DNA of 64,000 nucleotides from the human T2T-CHM13v2.0 reference genome, Homo sapiens: assembly GCF_009914755.1 (NCBI RefSeq), contig NC_060933.1. The stretch is one strand, 5' to 3'. Within the stretch, counting starts at the first letter, position 1, and the number at the start of each line of letters is the position of its first letter. The notes under the pieces were generated by a model that did no database searches, was not told where the DNA came from, and saw only the letters and a program-made list of their open reading frames with translations. Shown one piece after another: positions 60,706-64,000 of the stretch. The translations under genes and the position numbers were made by a program.

Positions 60706-61126
60706 TCTTTCTTACATAACACAGTATGGATAACACATTTCAATAGAAGGAAAGCAGTTTGATGCTGGACAGTATACTGTGTATTTATTTTTTTTCTGAC
60801 ATGCAAGTGTCACCCACACTTTTTTTTTTAATATTTTAATTCTTCCTTCTGCTTTTTAACTAGACCCAGACCTGAAAGCCTGACTCATGATTTAAAGTAT
60901 TCCCTTATCTAATGAGATTTCAGGAGTCTAGGGCAAGCCTCCCTCAAGTGAAACAGTGGAAGTCTTACTAGAAGGTAGTTAGTAGATGCGGGAGTGTACT
61001 CCCTCAAATGATAGAATTCACCCAGAGCAAATTCACCATGCTTCCCGATTTAATGGACATCTCCCTGCTGAAAGAACCCGCACACCTGGCCAGGCTGGTG
61101 TTCGTGAGCCTATCACTAAGATTTTA

Positions 61127-61140
61127 CTGCCATCTAGTGG
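61127..61140 (-). promoter_or_regulatory. Candidate CTCF binding site (CCACTAGATGGCAG on minus strand)
   Basis: Close match to the CTCF core consensus; motif only, no occupancy data. Confidence 0.6.
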
Positions 61141-62509
61141 TAGCTCATTGTGCCATTGTGATCCTCACAGCCCTAACTGTAGTCATGCAGTCATCAATGA
61201 CCCAAGCTTTGGTTAATTACTACTGAGCTTTTAGAAATGCGATAACATTTGTATAGCGCTTTGTAAAGGGCAAAGCGCTATATAAATGTTAACTGTTATT
61301 AGAACTAATTATTAGATGGCCTAGTACTTAATCTGCAGGATTGCCTACAGTAAACTAGGGAATTGAAGATTCATCTCTGATTAATTTTAAAAAATATATA
61401 TCTGAGTTGATGCAGCAACACAAATATCAGAATTGCTTAGCTTTTAAGTTTCAGGATTTCTTTTGCTGGTGATATTTTAATATACTCTGATAATAGATTC
61501 AAATAAGTAATGACATAATAGTGTATGGAATTTAAAAACTCAAATTATCTTTATCATTTGTTAGCACTCTTATAGAACATTTATGTTAGCAACTCCAAAG
61601 TTCAGTTTCATACCCAATATTATAATTTGTTTTTATTTGCTCTGTTGGAGACACCAACACTTAACTCCTTTTTGCTTTCAGTGGACAGAAAGTTATAAAA
61701 GCTACCTCTGCCCAAGCTATTCTTGGTTCAAAGCTGGCAGACATATCAAAGAGAAGCTAGAATGAGGTAAATATGTGGAATTGCTGAACTAAGCACCTGG
61801 GGGAACATTTTAAGACTTAGAACAAGAATAAACACATTAAAATATAGAAGATTTAGAAATCAGAGGGAAATCATGAATAAAGTTTTAGGACTACATTATT
61901 GGTGCATACTGGAAAATTGAGATGAATGAGAGGGGACCTATTCAGAGGGGCAATAGATGTATATGCCATAGCATGTATATACATACACTGTTATATATTC
62001 ATATGTTACACCAGTCACTTAACTGCCGCTGTAGCAATGAATAGAATCGCTAGTGAATTATAACGTTGCTTAGGTTATAGTAATAATTGCTATGATAAAT
62101 TTTAGGTAAATGTGAACTAGAAACAGATGTGTTTTTCAAAGCCTTAATACATCTATCTCCTGAGATGATGAAAGAGGGGCTTCAATCTAGGGGATAGAGA
62201 TTTTTATGTGCCCAGGATAGCCTGAAAAGCAAGACTTACATACTTCCTTGTTTATTCAGAAAGTTAAACCCTATTGGAATGAGCTTTGAGAGGAATTTGT
62301 TTTCCAGATGAGCCCAATATTCCTCTTTCTGAAATTAGTCTGGCAAGAAACAGAAACTGAATTTTCTTGGTTGAATCTTGCATGATACGTTCAGTGAATT
62401 TTACTACTTATAAAATTTGCCTACTACTAAACATAAGAATCAAGCCTTGCTTTTTTCTTCTTCCTCTGTAGATCTTCTCTCTACTCTAGACTCTTAAAAT
62501 TCTTCATTT

Positions 62510-62835
62510 GGTTAGTTCTTCAGCTTTCAATAAATACTGGTTGAGTGCCTGTATACGCCAAGCAGTATACTAGGTGCAGCAGATACTGTGGTAGGGAAAA
62601 AAACAGAAAAGGTATACCCACCCTTATGGAGCTTTCAGGCCAGGGAAGAGATAATAATCAACCAATACCCCAAATAATTTTCATCAGAGTTTATAATTAA
62701 AATTGTATGAAGTAAATTAGCACAGGGTGCTGTGGGAGAGTATTAAAGAGGCTCTCTGCTGGGCGAGAGATGATGTCTCTGAGGAAGTAACATTTGAAAT
62801 CTTAAGCATAAGTAGCAGTTAAATAGTCAAAGAGA
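62510..62835 (-). mobile_element. L2 3' fragment
   Basis: 'caataaatactggttgagtgcctgtatacgccaagcagtatactaggtgc', 'ctctgaggaagtaacatttga'. Confidence 0.75.
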
Positions 62836-64000
62836 GAACAACAGTCAAATGTGTCTAAGTATTAATCAAATTTTGTCTAATTATATCTTTGGTCTAATTC
62901 TGTCAAATTGTTATATGCATCAATATACAAAGATAGCCAAAAAACTTCCCTGTAGATTCTAAATAATAGCAAAGGCTTTACATTCATATTAATCAAGAGT
63001 AGCCTTTCCTCTTCCGTAAATGTGATTAGTCTCAAAAGCGTGTTCTATTGAGATCTTAGATGTTGATTTAACTGGTTGAAAGTGCATTGAGCTTGTTAAG
63101 TTTACGAAGCTGTAACAGCAATTCTGCCTGACTAATGATGGATTATTACTGTAGTAGCTTCTTTACGAAGGATTTTTGAATGGCTGATCGTTATGCAACA
63201 GAAACTAGAAAAACACACTTGAGATACGGTGCCTTCTCATACGTATTCCATCATGGCACCATGAAGGGCACTGAGAGGGGCTTTGGGTTTGGCAGATGGG
63301 GCAGAAGGCTAGGAATAAAAAAAATCCCCTTGTATTGGCCGTGCTCTGCTGGATGCTCTCTGTGTGACCTTGAGCAAATCCTGTAGCCTGTCTATCCTTC
63401 TGGGTATCTTCTTTTAGGTGTGGGTGCTCCATTTGCACGTTGGGGGAAGTAAGTAACATGTTCATAAAATTATGCAAATGTTCTTGACACTGACCAAGGG
63501 GGTAGATGCTGTTTAAGAGCAAAATGACCTAACATGTGGGCATTGAGATACATTATTGGAGAAATGCCCTGGAATGTCTTCTTCGGCAGCAGATATCATG
63601 ATGAGAGGCAAGGCAAGCCAGAGTAAGGGTGATTTCTGAAAAAACATTGCATTTTCTCCATTTAAAAAACAATGACAAAAGCTTTTTTTCTTTAAAGTAA
63701 AGCATTACCACAAGCTGCATTATCTTACCATACTATCTTGAAGTTTTCTGAGAGAACAATTATTTTCTTTAAATGGATATGTATTCATTCAGGAGAATTG
63801 GGGGCACAAAGCCCTAGATTTCAATTGAATTGTCACATGGGGTAACTTTTGACAAGCCTGTCATTTGTCCATTTTCTCTTCTGACCCAGTGGTATTCTGC
63901 AAGATCAGAGGGGAGAGAAGGATTAATGTCATTGTGCACAAACAGCTTCTTTAGGAAAGAAATTCCACTTGTTGAAGTTGACTAGGAAACATGAAACACT

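Overview
Primate (very likely human) genomic DNA from the middle of a large + strand gene that I recognise as FOCAD (focadhesin/KIAA1797). Nine internal coding exons (1726-1911, 4964-5085, 27002-27094, 32720-32808, 36746-36790, 43512-43620, 46153-46269, 49209-49447, 52861-52950; 1090 nt, about 363 codons) have canonical AG/GT boundaries and splice into one open frame (ALEEFFTSLVKQEM...GGMLFCYD...VHIQLSEWHR...KSTAWLWVRDML...ESPVVKGN...VQPNFLSMKEW...KSYSGENTA...DISGQEM...LEY). The rest is intron dominated by transposable elements: about 11 Alus (including an AluYa5-type copy, a FAM and a FLAM), young L1PA fragments, an L1PB, old L1M copies, a near full-length Tigger1, MaLR LTRs, and L2/MIR/CR1/MER5 relics. 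Almost all ORF-track entries are repeat-derived or chance ORFs. I found no evidence of a new gene system. The most interesting signals are: an L1 with a 3' transduction nested in the linker of an AluY; a textbook twin-primed L1 inversion; a TSD-less L1 with a short transduction; shared non-consensus variants between two neighbouring L1s; an Alu inserted about 23 nt from a splice acceptor as part of an inverted Alu pair; and a CTCF-like motif next to a 21-bp hairpin. Repeat subfamily names come from my recall of consensus sequences and need RepeatMasker/Dfam confirmation.
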